Source: a virus
Taxonomy: Duplodnaviria > Caudoviricetes
Direction: 5' to 3' (one strand)
IMG/VR virus record: IMGVR_UViG_3300012346_000291
Coordinates: 2,339-66,338 of that record
Length of the DNA: 64,000 bases
In this document: in pieces, positions 1 to 8,433 of the stretch
How positions within the stretch are numbered: the first letter of the stretch is position 1
How the letters are laid out: each line of letters opens with the position of its first letter
Translations under genes and position numbers: made by a program
Notes under the pieces: generated by a model
Database searches by the model: none
What the model was told of the DNA's origin: nothing
Seen by the model: the letters and a program-made list of their open reading frames with translations, nothing else

Positions 1-5
1 TGAAC

Positions 6-593
6 TTGACTGAAATCAAGGCGCTACAGCGCACAATTGACAATGCTAAAAAGAAGAAATTCGTAACGACCTTGGCGCTTTCAAAACACGTGAGCAAGGC
101 CTACGAGTGGTTCAAATCCGACGAGGGTCAACAGCTATGTGAGGCCGAGGGCATCTCATGGACGGCGGAGGAGTTCGCCACAAAGGTATTTGGATGGCAA
201 AAATCGTTCTTCCACAAGGTGGTCAAGGTGGCTAAGGTTGAGGATGAGGTCATCGAGCGCTTCAACAGCGAGTGCGACCGCTTAGAGGCTGAGGGTGAGA
301 ATCCTAAGCGCTCAGTTGAGAACCTACTCAAGTTCGCCAAGGCTGTGGAGTCGGGCGCTGAGCAAGGTGGAGAGGGTGACGGCGAGGGTGACGGCGCTGA
401 GGCGGCTGTTGAGACCCGCGCTCAAGTTGCTTTCACCATGACGTTCAAAGACGGCCACAACGCAAACGTGAGTGTTCGCATCGATGAGAACGGCAAGATG
501 ACCACCACCAACAGCTTAAACGACATCAAGCGCGCTTTGATGTTCTTGTGTCAAAACGAGCAGTACCTTGAGATGTACGGCGAGCAGCAGTAA
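6..593 (+). CDS. Hypothetical early protein (may be 5'-truncated at window edge)
   Basis: 195-aa ORF with TTG start at position 6; no recognised motif. Confidence 0.6.
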   Translation: MTEIKALQRTIDNAKKKKFVTTLALSKHVSKAYEWFKSDEGQQLCEAEGISWTAEEFATKVFGWQKSFFHKVVKVAKVEDEVIERFNSECDRLEAEGENPKRSVENLLKFAKAVESGAEQGGEGDGEGDGAEAAVETRAQVAFTMTFKDGHNANVSVRIDENGKMTTTNSLNDIKRALMFLCQNEQYLEMYGEQQ

Positions 594-594
594 G

Positions 595-610
595 GTGTCT
601 TTGAAGACAC
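595..610. repeat. Dispersed 16-bp palindrome, copy 1 (GTGTCTTTGAAGACAC)
   Basis: Starts 2 nt after the stop at 593; flanked by G/C to give 18 bp. Confidence 0.9.
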
Positions 611-616
611 CCATAA

Positions 617-657
617 GCGGGAATGGTTCAAGCGAGGGTTCGACTCCCTCGCCCGCA
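617..657 (+). ncRNA. tRNA T-arm-like minihelix 1
   Basis: GCGAGGG-TTCGACT-CCCTCGC hairpin (632-652) enclosed by GCGG/CCGC; intergenic. Confidence 0.45.
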
Positions 658-687
658 ACTAATCAATAACCTTTAAAACAAAACACC

Positions 688-1563
688 ATGAAAAAAGGAA
701 TCGTTTACAATGTAACGGGCGAAGCAGCCCGCGGAGAAGTTCAGCAGTACCACTACAAGCCCGAGCCCTTGTTCTTGAACAAGAAAGCGGGTGTTGTGGA
801 TGTGGCAAGCCTTAAGAAGCGCCAACAGCAAGACGTTCTCATCTTCAATGCTGAGGGCATCGAGTCTAAGTTCACCATCGGGTTCGAGGTTGAGAAGACA
901 TCGCTTAGCCGCGGCGCTGTTCGTGAGTACGAGCTGTTTTGTGGCTTTGAGCGCGACGGGTCATGCGGGTACGAGGCCGTAACGCACATCTTACCTTTGT
1001 TGCCCGCGTCTACATGGCGCACTAAGGTGTACGACATGATGCACAAGGCCGAGCGCATTATTGATGACCGCTACAGCCCATCCGACCACCGATGTGGTGG
1101 CCACATCACCATTGGTGTTGAGGGCTTTGATGGTGACGGAATACGTGACCATATCCGCAAGTTCAGCGGGCTTATGTACGCAATGTTTCGCCACCGCTTA
1201 AAGAACGGCTACTGCAATCACAACATGAGAATGTTTGAGCATGACCCGTACAATATGCATCGCAAGTACCAAGTTGCATTGGTCAAGGGCAGCACATTGG
1301 AGTTCCGCTTGCCGTCACGCATCGAGTCGGTCAAGCAAATGATGCGCCGTTACGAGTTCATGTATGCGACTCTTGACGTGGCAATCAACAAGCCTAGCAC
1401 ATCATTCAAAAAGTACTTGACGGATATGAAGCCTTTACTCATGGCTATGTACGACGGCGATGAGGCCAAGGTCGCTAAGGTGAGCGAGTTAGCTGTTCAC
1501 TTTCAGCAGTTCATCAATACGGGTGAGAGACACGAGTCAATTCTCGAGTTCACCAATAGGTAG
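688..1563 (+). CDS. Putative amidoligase (COOH-NH2 ligase, Amidoligase_2-like)
   Basis: Motifs FTIGFEVE, ERDGSC, CGGHITIG and TLEFRLP, typical of phage amidoligases. Confidence 0.75.
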   Translation: MKKGIVYNVTGEAARGEVQQYHYKPEPLFLNKKAGVVDVASLKKRQQQDVLIFNAEGIESKFTIGFEVEKTSLSRGAVREYELFCGFERDGSCGYEAVTHILPLLPASTWRTKVYDMMHKAERIIDDRYSPSDHRCGGHITIGVEGFDGDGIRDHIRKFSGLMYAMFRHRLKNGYCNHNMRMFEHDPYNMHRKYQVALVKGSTLEFRLPSRIESVKQMMRRYEFMYATLDVAINKPSTSFKKYLTDMKPLLMAMYDGDEAKVAKVSELAVHFQQFINTGERHESILEFTNR

Positions 1564-1599
1564 AGGGTCGCAGCGGGGGTTCGACTCCCCCGCTACCTA
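1557..1599 (+). ncRNA. tRNA T-arm-like minihelix 2
   Basis: AGCGGGGG-TTCGACT-CCCCCGCT hairpin (1572-1594) enclosed by TAGGT/ACCTA. Confidence 0.45.
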
Positions 1600-1605
1600 C
1601 TGATG

Positions 1606-1621
1606 GTGTCTTTAAAGACAC
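1606..1621. repeat. Dispersed palindrome, copy 2 (GTGTCTTTAAAGACAC)
   Basis: Intergenic; perfect 18-bp palindrome including the flanks. Confidence 0.9.
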
Positions 1622-1648
1622 CGAGTATACACAATTAAACTAAACACA

Positions 1649-1870
1649 ATGACGAACAGAGAAATGATTAACAAAAAATTACCCTATCCAATATCGGACA
1701 TGGTAATTAGAAATGCAACGCCTACGGACAACGGGGATTGGCTTGATAGGGAGACCAACTGCAACTACAAATACGAGTTGCTTAGTAGAGCCTTTACATG
1801 GAATGAATCACCCGAGGGTCATGAATTTTGGGCAGAATTATTTATGAAATTATTAAGAAAGAACATATGA
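1649..1870 (+). CDS. Small early protein, PYP(I/L)SDM family paralog 1
   Basis: Shares PYPISDMVI and PEGHEFW motifs with the next two ORFs. Confidence 0.75.
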   Translation: MTNREMINKKLPYPISDMVIRNATPTDNGDWLDRETNCNYKYELLSRAFTWNESPEGHEFWAELFMKLLRKNI

Positions 1871-2091
1871 CACGAAGAGAATTTATTGAGAAAAAATTTC
1901 CGTATCCGATATCGGACATGGTAATTAAAAACTGCACAACTGAGGAATGCGGCGCATACCTTGATGCCCATGTGGCAGATTACGCAAAGCCGAGCTCTAT
2001 GCTTAAATGCTTATTCACATGGAGCTATTCCCCCGAGGGTCATTCTTTTTGGGAATCATTTCACGATAAACTTGAAGCAAAGAACCTATGA
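1867..2091 (+). CDS. Small early protein, PYP(I/L)SDM family paralog 2
   Basis: Likely start at the ATGA overlap at 1867 (MTRREF); PYPISDMVI and PEGHSFW. Confidence 0.75.
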   Translation: MTRREFIEKKFPYPISDMVIKNCTTEECGAYLDAHVADYAKPSSMLKCLFTWSYSPEGHSFWESFHDKLEAKNL

Positions 2092-2351
2092 CACGAAGAC
2101 AAACGATAGAGAAGTACGTACCCTACCCGCTCAGCGATATGCTGATACGTAACGCAGAGGAGTACATGATGCGAGGCATAGAGAGAGAGGGTTACCTTGA
2201 CGAAGAGGTCGATGGTGATTGGTGCTGCGATAGCTACGGAGATGTAAAGATACACGACATAATCATCACAATAATTTGGCTACATCAAACCATAGAGGGG
2301 CTTGACTTTTGGAATAAAATACACGATAACTTTTTAATGAAAAACCTATGA
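2088..2351 (+). CDS. Small early protein, PYP(I/L)SDM family paralog 3
   Basis: PYPLSDMLI and EGLDFW; ATGA overlaps at both ends. Confidence 0.75.
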   Translation: MTRRQTIEKYVPYPLSDMLIRNAEEYMMRGIEREGYLDEEVDGDWCCDSYGDVKIHDIIITIIWLHQTIEGLDFWNKIHDNFLMKNL

Positions 2352-2791
2352 GAACAAATCAACTAAATGCATTTGAAGCTTGGATTGGCGAGGGAAATGC
2401 GCAAGTAATTGACAACGCTTGGAGCACACAAGATTCCATGTGGACAAACCGAATAGAGACTAAGGGTCAGCTATGGGCCTACTATCTACGTGAGTTCTTT
2501 GGTGTGACACCCGCTCAGTACGTATTCACTGAGGTGTTACCCTACATGAACGTAGTAAGTGAGCGCGAGTATGTGCTCAAGTACAACAACGCATCACAAT
2601 GGATTGTGGACCTATTCATGACATTGCGCTCAGCTGAGTTCGGTCAGTTCGCCTCATGGGAGGGGCTAAGCTTTAAGTCGGGCGGAGCTGAGTTCCGCAT
2701 CGAGAAAGAGCATGGGCGCTTCGGTAAGTACGGGCGCTTATACATCACCTTAGCAGACTATGACTGCGCGGGTGACTTCCTTGCTAACTAA
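2348..2791 (+). CDS. Hypothetical early protein
   Basis: 147-aa ORF, translationally coupled to the upstream gene. Confidence 0.7.
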   Translation: MRTNQLNAFEAWIGEGNAQVIDNAWSTQDSMWTNRIETKGQLWAYYLREFFGVTPAQYVFTEVLPYMNVVSEREYVLKYNNASQWIVDLFMTLRSAEFGQFASWEGLSFKSGGAEFRIEKEHGRFGKYGRLYITLADYDCAGDFLAN

Positions 2792-2798
2792 GCGAGGA

Positions 2799-2815
2799 TG
2801 TTGATAGTGAGAGAG
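2799..2815 (+). promoter_or_regulatory. Oriented motif B, copy 1 (TGTTGATAGTGAGAGAG)
   Basis: 17-bp identity with 11608-11624; lies just after a stop codon. Confidence 0.55.
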
Positions 2816-2857
2816 GGCTGCGGCTGTGTCTTTGAAGACACCCGCTCTCTCTTATTT
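2809..2857 (+). terminator. Terminator-like hairpin enclosing palindrome copy 3
   Basis: GAGAGA/TCTCTC and GCGG/CCGC arms around the palindrome; weak TTATTT tail. Confidence 0.45.
2826..2841. repeat. Dispersed palindrome, copy 3
   Basis: GTGTCTTTGAAGACAC, intergenic. Confidence 0.9.
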
Positions 2858-2884
2858 AGAATCATTTTAAATTAACAGAACCTA

Positions 2885-2914
2885 TTGCATTGTAATAGAA
2901 TTGTAGTACCTTTG
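2885..2914 (+). promoter_or_regulatory. Bacteroidota primary-sigma promoter
   Basis: TTG at 2885 and TACCTTTG (-7 box TAnnTTTG) at 2907-2914, 19-nt spacer. Confidence 0.75.
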
Positions 2915-2936
2915 TAATCTAATAACAGAACATAAC

Positions 2937-3116
2937 ATGAAAAATCTAATTATCCTTAAAGCAGCGACCTTGTTTGGTCTTATCTTGGCTACGGCCTTAT
3001 TCTCATCATGCGGCAGCAGCAAGACGTATGTGCATTGCGACGCGTACAAGACGCAGTACAAGCCAATCAAGGCAGATAAGCATAGACACCACATCAAATG
3101 CGACGCATACAATTAA
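2937..3116 (+). CDS. Small lipoprotein (59 aa) with two CDAY motifs
   Basis: Hand-translated MKNLIILKAATLFGLILATALFSSC-GSSK...; signal peptide plus lipobox Cys25; absent from the ORF track. Confidence 0.7.
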   Translation: MKNLIILKAATLFGLILATALFSSCGSSKTYVHCDAYKTQYKPIKADKHRHHIKCDAYN

Positions 3117-3137
3117 TAACCTATAAAACAGAACGAA

Positions 3138-3443
3138 ATGAAAACACCAATCAAATATGAAATCATGGCCGCAATGCTTAAGTATGTAACTAACGCGAGC
3201 GCTGATGGATACGGACAGCTTAAGACAATGGATGTGCACGTTGTGTTCGGAGACCGCACTAAAGAGTTCCTTGAGTACCTTGAGAAAGACCCAATCATCA
3301 AGGTGAGCACATACGGGTGGACATACGGAACGTACAAAGGTATCGGTGGACTACACGATATCAATGATAAGCACTTCCGTATGATGTGCCAAGAGGCTTG
3401 GGCAAATAACAAAAGCAGAACTAGAAATCTAAACCAATGGTAA
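3138..3443 (+). CDS. Hypothetical early protein
   Basis: 101-aa ORF with A-rich start context. Confidence 0.65.
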   Translation: MKTPIKYEIMAAMLKYVTNASADGYGQLKTMDVHVVFGDRTKEFLEYLEKDPIIKVSTYGWTYGTYKGIGGLHDINDKHFRMMCQEAWANNKSRTRNLNQW

Positions 3444-3628
3444 GAGTATACTTCGAAAGAGGTCTTCGCGCAGACCTCGTAGCTGTGTTCATGGATGAAC
3501 TAACCTACCAACAATGCGTACCCGCCCTAGAGCGCCTATGCAAGGACATGGGCTACGATAGCGTAACGGAGTCAGTAGAGTACTCCTTGAAGACTGAGTT
3601 ATTAATCACCCAAATCAAACAGCTATGA
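3437..3628 (+). CDS. Hypothetical early protein
   Basis: 63-aa ORF overlapping its neighbours. Confidence 0.6.
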   Translation: MVRVYFERGLRADLVAVFMDELTYQQCVPALERLCKDMGYDSVTESVEYSLKTELLITQIKQL

Positions 3629-3786
3629 CAAAATTTAAAATTTCATTTCAAGACATCGATGGTAACGAGTTATGGACGTCGATTACAGAACAATTAACAA
3701 TGTTTGATGCCTATGAGTATGCTAATCTTATTTGTGCCAATTCAATGGTAAATGATTTAGCTAGTTACGAAATAACAAAACTTTAA
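3625..3786 (+). CDS. Hypothetical protein (53 aa)
   Basis: Hand-translated MTKFKISFQDIDGNELW...; ATGA overlap; fills the gap. Confidence 0.55.
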   Translation: MTKFKISFQDIDGNELWTSITEQLTMFDAYEYANLICANSMVNDLASYEITKL

Positions 3787-3790
3787 AGAT

Positions 3791-3988
3791 ATGACAGAAC
3801 AGCAGAAAAAAGAGATGGTACAAGAAATCTTGGATAGAGTCATGTACCTCCCGTCGGCTAAGAGACGCGACTTCTTAGACACCATTCATGACCTCATCGA
3901 GGAGTACCCATTAGAGTATACCCTCAACGATAGAGGAATGAGAATTTATACTAACCCTAATTTTAAAACAGAACAATCATGTGCGTAA
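3791..3988 (+). CDS. Hypothetical early protein
   Basis: 65-aa ORF. Confidence 0.6.
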   Translation: MTEQQKKEMVQEILDRVMYLPSAKRRDFLDTIHDLIEEYPLEYTLNDRGMRIYTNPNFKTEQSCA

Positions 3989-5019
3989 TCATCGTAAAAA
4001 ACAACAACAAGAAAATCGAATCACAAATTCTCAAGACAGCGAGCAGCATCAATCCCGACGGGCTTGGCATCGTGTGGCTTGACACCTACGAGGTATCACA
4101 TCACCGCTCAACTGAGTACAAGTTGCTCGACACCTCGCGCCCGTTCATTGCTCATTTTCGCTACGCGACCATTGGTAAGATAGGCCCTGCTAACACACAC
4201 CCATTCCAATGTGGTGTGCAGTCGGATGAGTGGTTGATGATGAACGGAACTATCTACGGCCTTGGCAACGCTAATGAGTGCGACAGCAAGGTACTTGCGC
4301 GTAACCTTGGACGAGTAGACAGAGGGCTGTGGAAAGCAGAGCTAGAGAAGCACAACTCGCGCTTCGTTACGTTCAACACGCGCACTAAGTCGTACCAAAT
4401 GTACAATCGCGCGGATTGGGTGCAGCACGACGGCGTATGGTATTCCAAGGGTAACGTCATCGAGAAGAACTTAGTGGCTGTATACGGCACGCTTAAGAAA
4501 GGTAACTCAAACTATTGGAACTACCTAGCGGACTCTCAGTTTGTGGGTGCGGGTGAGACAGCGGACAAGTATCCGCTCATCATCAAGGGCTTACCATACC
4601 TCATCAATCACAAGGGTGTTGGATACAACGTAGACGTGGACGTGTTCAACGTGTCGGACGATGTACTTAAAGCGCTTGATAGACTCGAGGGTCACCCAAG
4701 GTGGTACAAGAGAGAGAAGGTCAACATCAAGGTTGGCGCTCAAACGCTCAGCTGTTGGATATACTTCATGGAGGGCATGGGTGTAGGACGTGAGGATAAA
4801 ATCTACAAGTCTTACAAGCAGTCTTACAAGCACGAGGTGATTACGGCTGATGAGTCTGAGGTTGACTTGTTTTGCATGAACTGCTTACACGAGGTAGAGC
4901 ATGACGAGTTGGACGTATACTTCTGCAAGAGTTGCGGCAGTTGGTTTACTGAGAATGAACTACTTGAATTTAATGGTGTCTTTGAAGACACTGATACAGC
5001 TAACGAATTACCATTTTAA
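3979..5019 (+). CDS. Class II glutamine amidotransferase fused to gamma-glutamylcyclotransferase-like domain and C-terminal Zn ribbon
   Basis: N-terminal MC (Ntn Cys), AHFRYAT..G...NTHPF, MMNG; VAVYGTLKKG (GGCT/AIG2-like); CMNC..CKSC. Confidence 0.8.
   Translation: MCVIIVKNNNKKIESQILKTASSINPDGLGIVWLDTYEVSHHRSTEYKLLDTSRPFIAHFRYATIGKIGPANTHPFQCGVQSDEWLMMNGTIYGLGNANECDSKVLARNLGRVDRGLWKAELEKHNSRFVTFNTRTKSYQMYNRADWVQHDGVWYSKGNVIEKNLVAVYGTLKKGNSNYWNYLADSQFVGAGETADKYPLIIKGLPYLINHKGVGYNVDVDVFNVSDDVLKALDRLEGHPRWYKREKVNIKVGAQTLSCWIYFMEGMGVGREDKIYKSYKQSYKHEVITADESEVDLFCMNCLHEVEHDELDVYFCKSCGSWFTENELLEFNGVFEDTDTANELPF
4976..4991. repeat. Dispersed palindrome, copy 4 (in CDS, encodes V-F-E-D-T)
   Basis: GTGTCTTTGAAGACAC. 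Confidence 0.9.
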
Positions 5020-5021
5020 TC

Positions 5022-5213
5022 ATGAGAAGATTTGAGAATTTATTGTACACGTTTGTAGGTGTAGGACTAGGGATGCTAATTGCGGCATCCCTTTACGAGA
5101 AGGAGATACAAAAGATATATGAAATCGTCGAGATTCCAAAGACGAGCGATATAACGGACGACCTTGCTGATAGTGAGAAAGGATATTACGAACACTTATA
5201 CAACACGAAATGA
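5022..5213 (+). CDS. Small single-TM protein
   Basis: Hydrophobic N-terminal segment; contains motif B copy 2 (5165-5178). Confidence 0.6.
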   Translation: MRRFENLLYTFVGVGLGMLIAASLYEKEIQKIYEIVEIPKTSDITDDLADSEKGYYEHLYNTK

Positions 5214-5440
5214 GACCACAAGACTTAGACATGGCTACATGGGAGGAGCTGTTTGACTACATCCTCGAGAGCAAGATGAACGGACAGAGAAAGCAGAGCA
5301 TTGAGCTATATCAAGCGCTCAGTGAAGCGAAGCGCGTTCAGTTTATAGATTACTTAATTGAGATGACCGAACAAGGATGGATGTCATCATTAGACTTAGC
5401 ACAAACAATGAAATATTATGAATATGAAAGTAAAAATTAA
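5210..5440 (+). CDS. Hypothetical early protein
   Basis: 76-aa ORF with YILESKMNGQ motif. Confidence 0.65.
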   Translation: MRPQDLDMATWEELFDYILESKMNGQRKQSIELYQALSEAKRVQFIDYLIEMTEQGWMSSLDLAQTMKYYEYESKN

Positions 5441-5825
5441 CATCGAAAAAGAAATCAGCAGACAAACATTGGAGAACATTTTTGTCACAGCGATAGAGGG
5501 CGGCAGCAACTATTGGTATGCTATATCAAGTGAAACAAAAAGAGCCATACGTGAGGTTGTCAGCAGAGAGGAAGACCCGTACTTCTCAACAGCATTATTT
5601 ACCGCTGTGATGGATAGAGACCTAGCTGTAGATATACACGACGCGGAGGACAACGAGACCATCCTAGGTACGCTAACTTTAGATAACATAAAGGAGAGAC
5701 TGCAAGCTTTAGCCGAATCCGACGATGCTCAACACCTAATGGATGAGTTGATGGAGACGGGTGATGCTATAACATCTGACGTTTGTTTCCAATACATGGT
5801 GATGGGCGAAATTATTTTCGGATAA
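5418..5825 (+). CDS. Conserved phage early protein of unknown function
   Basis: AIEGGSNYW...DAITSD..Q...GEIIFG pattern, recognised as recurring in phage early regions. Confidence 0.7.
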   Translation: MNMKVKINIEKEISRQTLENIFVTAIEGGSNYWYAISSETKRAIREVVSREEDPYFSTALFTAVMDRDLAVDIHDAEDNETILGTLTLDNIKERLQALAESDDAQHLMDELMETGDAITSDVCFQYMVMGEIIFG

Positions 5826-5826
5826 G

Positions 5827-5857
5827 TTGCATATATGTAACAATTGTATTATATTTG
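5827..5857 (+). promoter_or_regulatory. Bacteroidota primary-sigma promoter
   Basis: TTG at 5827 and TATATTTG at 5850-5857. Confidence 0.75.
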
Positions 5858-5874
5858 TAATCTAAATAAAGACT

Positions 5875-6189
5875 ATGAGCAGACTAAATAAAATCCTAAT
5901 CGAGGAGAAGACAAGCGGACTCGCTAACAATAGGAGCATTCAAATCATACAGCAAGCCATCGACAAGAAAGAGAGAATCACATTCAAGGACTTTATTGAC
6001 TCGGGTGTATTCATTCCAAGCAAGCTAGACTTTTTCGGTGAGGTGGTAAGGTACATGGGTGGCTTTTATATCTTCTTTGATAAGGACTACTATGCTAAGA
6101 ATGGCAACGACTCATTTCACAGCGACTCACTAAAAGATGTAGAGAAGTGGCTATGGGATAACGTGGCTGATAAAAAAATTAACTCATGA
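5875..6189 (+). CDS. Hypothetical protein
   Basis: 104-aa ORF downstream of the promoter. Confidence 0.65.
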   Translation: MSRLNKILIEEKTSGLANNRSIQIIQQAIDKKERITFKDFIDSGVFIPSKLDFFGEVVRYMGGFYIFFDKDYYAKNGNDSFHSDSLKDVEKWLWDNVADKKINS

Positions 6190-6488
6190 AAAAAAGTGTA
6201 TTCACCCAATTTGTAAAGATAGTATCAAAGATGTTTGAGCTCACACCCGAGCAGCTATTCGAGAATACTAAGAGGCGCTCAGTGACTGAGGCCCGACAAC
6301 TATTTATATTTCTATGCATTCGACGACAGATACCCATGTGCAACATTATGGATTGGTCATTAGAGTACGGACGTAAGTTCACTTACTCATCAATCATCAA
6401 CGCTGTAAGGTACATGGAGCGCAAGGTTTCAGACGACAGAGACTACGTTAGAATAATTAGAGAGATAGAATCCAAAGTAATCAATTAA
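6186..6488 (+). CDS. DnaA domain IV-like HTH protein
   Basis: V..MFELTPEQL....KRRSVTEARQLFIFLC resembles the DnaA C-terminal DNA-binding domain. Confidence 0.55.
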   Translation: MKKSVFTQFVKIVSKMFELTPEQLFENTKRRSVTEARQLFIFLCIRRQIPMCNIMDWSLEYGRKFTYSSIINAVRYMERKVSDDRDYVRIIREIESKVIN

Positions 6489-6501
6489 AAACAAATAACA
6501 C

Positions 6502-7134
6502 ATGAAAGAACAATCAGTTTTCAAAACGTTGTCCGACGTAAACATCAAGGACAAAATCGAGACAAAGGGTAACGTCAAGTACCTATCGTGGTCATACGCA
6601 TGGGAGATACTCAAGGCGCACTACCCACAAGCTAAGCGCGTGGTGTATGAGAACCCATCTACGGGACTCAACTACTTTACGGATGGCAACACCGCATACG
6701 TCAAGGTTGGTGTAGAGGTTGATGGCATTGAGAACATCGACTACCTACCTATCATGGACTTCCGAAATCAGTCAATTAGATTGGATAAGCTTACATCTAT
6801 GGACGTCAACAAGGCCATTCAGCGTTCGACTGCTAAGGCTATAGCTATGCATGGTCTAGGCCTACAGCTATGGACGGGTGAGGATATGCCTGAGATGACT
6901 ACAGCCAAACCACAAGGCAGCGTGTCTTCAAAGACACAGCGTGCTGATAGTGAGACAGAGCAGCCTAAGGAATTGCCTACGCTAATGGTCAACTCTGATG
7001 ACTACACAAAGGTGTTCAAGTACGTTCAAGATAACGCAGCGCTTGGAGCGGAGAAGGTCATCAAGCAGATTGAGCGCAAGTATAAGTTGACTACAATCAT
7101 CAAGAAAATTTTAATCAAAGAAATAACAAAGTAA
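6502..7134 (+). CDS. Sak/Rad52-like single-strand annealing protein (DUF1071-like)
   Basis: YLSWSYAW, YLPIMDFRNQSI, DVNKAIQR..AKAIAMHGLGL. Confidence 0.8.
   Translation: MKEQSVFKTLSDVNIKDKIETKGNVKYLSWSYAWEILKAHYPQAKRVVYENPSTGLNYFTDGNTAYVKVGVEVDGIENIDYLPIMDFRNQSIRLDKLTSMDVNKAIQRSTAKAIAMHGLGLQLWTGEDMPEMTTAKPQGSVSSKTQRADSETEQPKELPTLMVNSDDYTKVFKYVQDNAALGAEKVIKQIERKYKLTTIIKKILIKEITK
6922..6937. repeat. Dispersed palindrome, copy 5 (GTGTCTTCAAAGACAC; encodes V-S-S-K-T)
   Basis: In the SSAP linker; motif B copy 3 follows at 6942-6955. Confidence 0.9.
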
Positions 7135-7137
7135 GCT

Positions 7138-7872
7138 ATGAGTAACGTAACAGAACAACTAAGAAATGACGCTGAGTACTACAAAGGCGTCGGTAAGAAC
7201 TACCTATCTAACTCGGATATCTCAGCGCTCCTTGGCAACCCCAAGGAGTACGGGGTTGAGCGAGAAGACAACAAGTCTTTTGCTGAGGGTAGATTGTTTC
7301 ACCAACTACTAATCGAGCCCGACAAGGCTATTGACGTGCACGTTGTAGACGCGTCAACGCGCAATACCAAAATCTACAAGGACTACTGCGATTCCAATGG
7401 CTTGGACATTTGTTTGTTGCAGCATGAGGTTGACAAGATGAAGCAGTTGACTCAAGTCATGAAGTCTAACATCTACTTCTACGATGAGATTTACAAGGAC
7501 GGAAACCTATACGAGGAGCCCGCCATTGGAGAGATTAAGGGTATGATGTGGAAGGGCAAGGCCGACATCATTACTGATGAGGTCATCATCGACTTGAAGA
7601 CTACCTCAGACATCAAGAAGTTCAAGTGGTCAGCTAAGGCCTACAACTACGACAGCCAAGCCTACATCTACCAAAAGCTATTCGGTAAGCCGCTTATCTT
7701 CTTTGTAATAGACAAAGAGACCGCTCAGTTAGGTATCTTCCGTCCTACCGAGAACTTTATCTTAGGCGGCGAGCGCAAGGTTGAGAGAGCCATTGAGGTG
7801 TATAAGACGTACTTTGGTGACAACCCAACTGATGACATCGACAACTACTACATCGATGAGGAGCTAGATTAA
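7138..7872 (+). CDS. PD-(D/E)XK exonuclease (RecE/exonuclease VIII-like, DUF3799-like)
   Basis: LSNSDI, KGKADI...IIDLKTT, YNYDSQAYIY; adjacent to the SSAP. Confidence 0.8.
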   Translation: MSNVTEQLRNDAEYYKGVGKNYLSNSDISALLGNPKEYGVEREDNKSFAEGRLFHQLLIEPDKAIDVHVVDASTRNTKIYKDYCDSNGLDICLLQHEVDKMKQLTQVMKSNIYFYDEIYKDGNLYEEPAIGEIKGMMWKGKADIITDEVIIDLKTTSDIKKFKWSAKAYNYDSQAYIYQKLFGKPLIFFVIDKETAQLGIFRPTENFILGGERKVERAIEVYKTYFGDNPTDDIDNYYIDEELD

Positions 7873-7891
7873 TAATTAAAAACAAACAGAC

Positions 7892-8263
7892 ATGAGGATT
7901 ACAGATGTTTATAAAGTAACATACCAATACAATCATGACAGATACTTAGGTCTTTTAAGAAATGAAAAGCGATTTAATATAGGAGATGTAGTGTTTGTTG
8001 GTTTTGGTGATACAATTTTTAAAACTAGGATATATGGTGTTACTTTAAGTGATAGTCTCGATGCTCCTGAGTTTACATACAAAATTGAATTACCTAAAGA
8101 AGTAGCTGTTGATTGGGATGGCAACTTCATAGAAGTTATTTGCGATAGGATGTTCAATACAATTGAAGAAGCAAAGGAGTCTGCGTTAAAGCAAGCTGAG
8201 AAGTTTTATAAACTTGAGGTCAATAAAATCAATCAATTTTTCAAACAATACGAAAGCAAATGA
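7892..8263 (+). CDS. Hypothetical protein
   Basis: 123-aa ORF at the start of the AT-rich block. Confidence 0.65.
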   Translation: MRITDVYKVTYQYNHDRYLGLLRNEKRFNIGDVVFVGFGDTIFKTRIYGVTLSDSLDAPEFTYKIELPKEVAVDWDGNFIEVICDRMFNTIEEAKESALKQAEKFYKLEVNKINQFFKQYESK

Positions 8264-8433
8264 AAATAAATAAGAAAAAAAGACAAGATGAGTTATCAAT
8301 ACAATACAGACTTCTTTCAGAGATAGAGTCAGAGTTTGGTTATTCTTCTCAGCATAAAGTAGCAGCGTTTGTTCAAAAGAAAATGCTTAAAATTTTAAAT
8401 GAATTATCACAACTTAAACAACAAGAACAATGA
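8260..8433 (+). CDS. Cassette ORF (57 aa) ending KQQEQ
   Basis: Hand-translated MKINKKKRQDELSIQY...LKQQEQ*. Confidence 0.65.
   Translation: MKINKKKRQDELSIQYRLLSEIESEFGYSSQHKVAAFVQKKMLKILNELSQLKQQEQ

Noticed and set aside
617-1599. T-loop hairpins as true tRNA genes
   Set aside because: No D-arm or anticodon arm, about 41-43 nt total and no CCA; kept only as tRNA-like elements.
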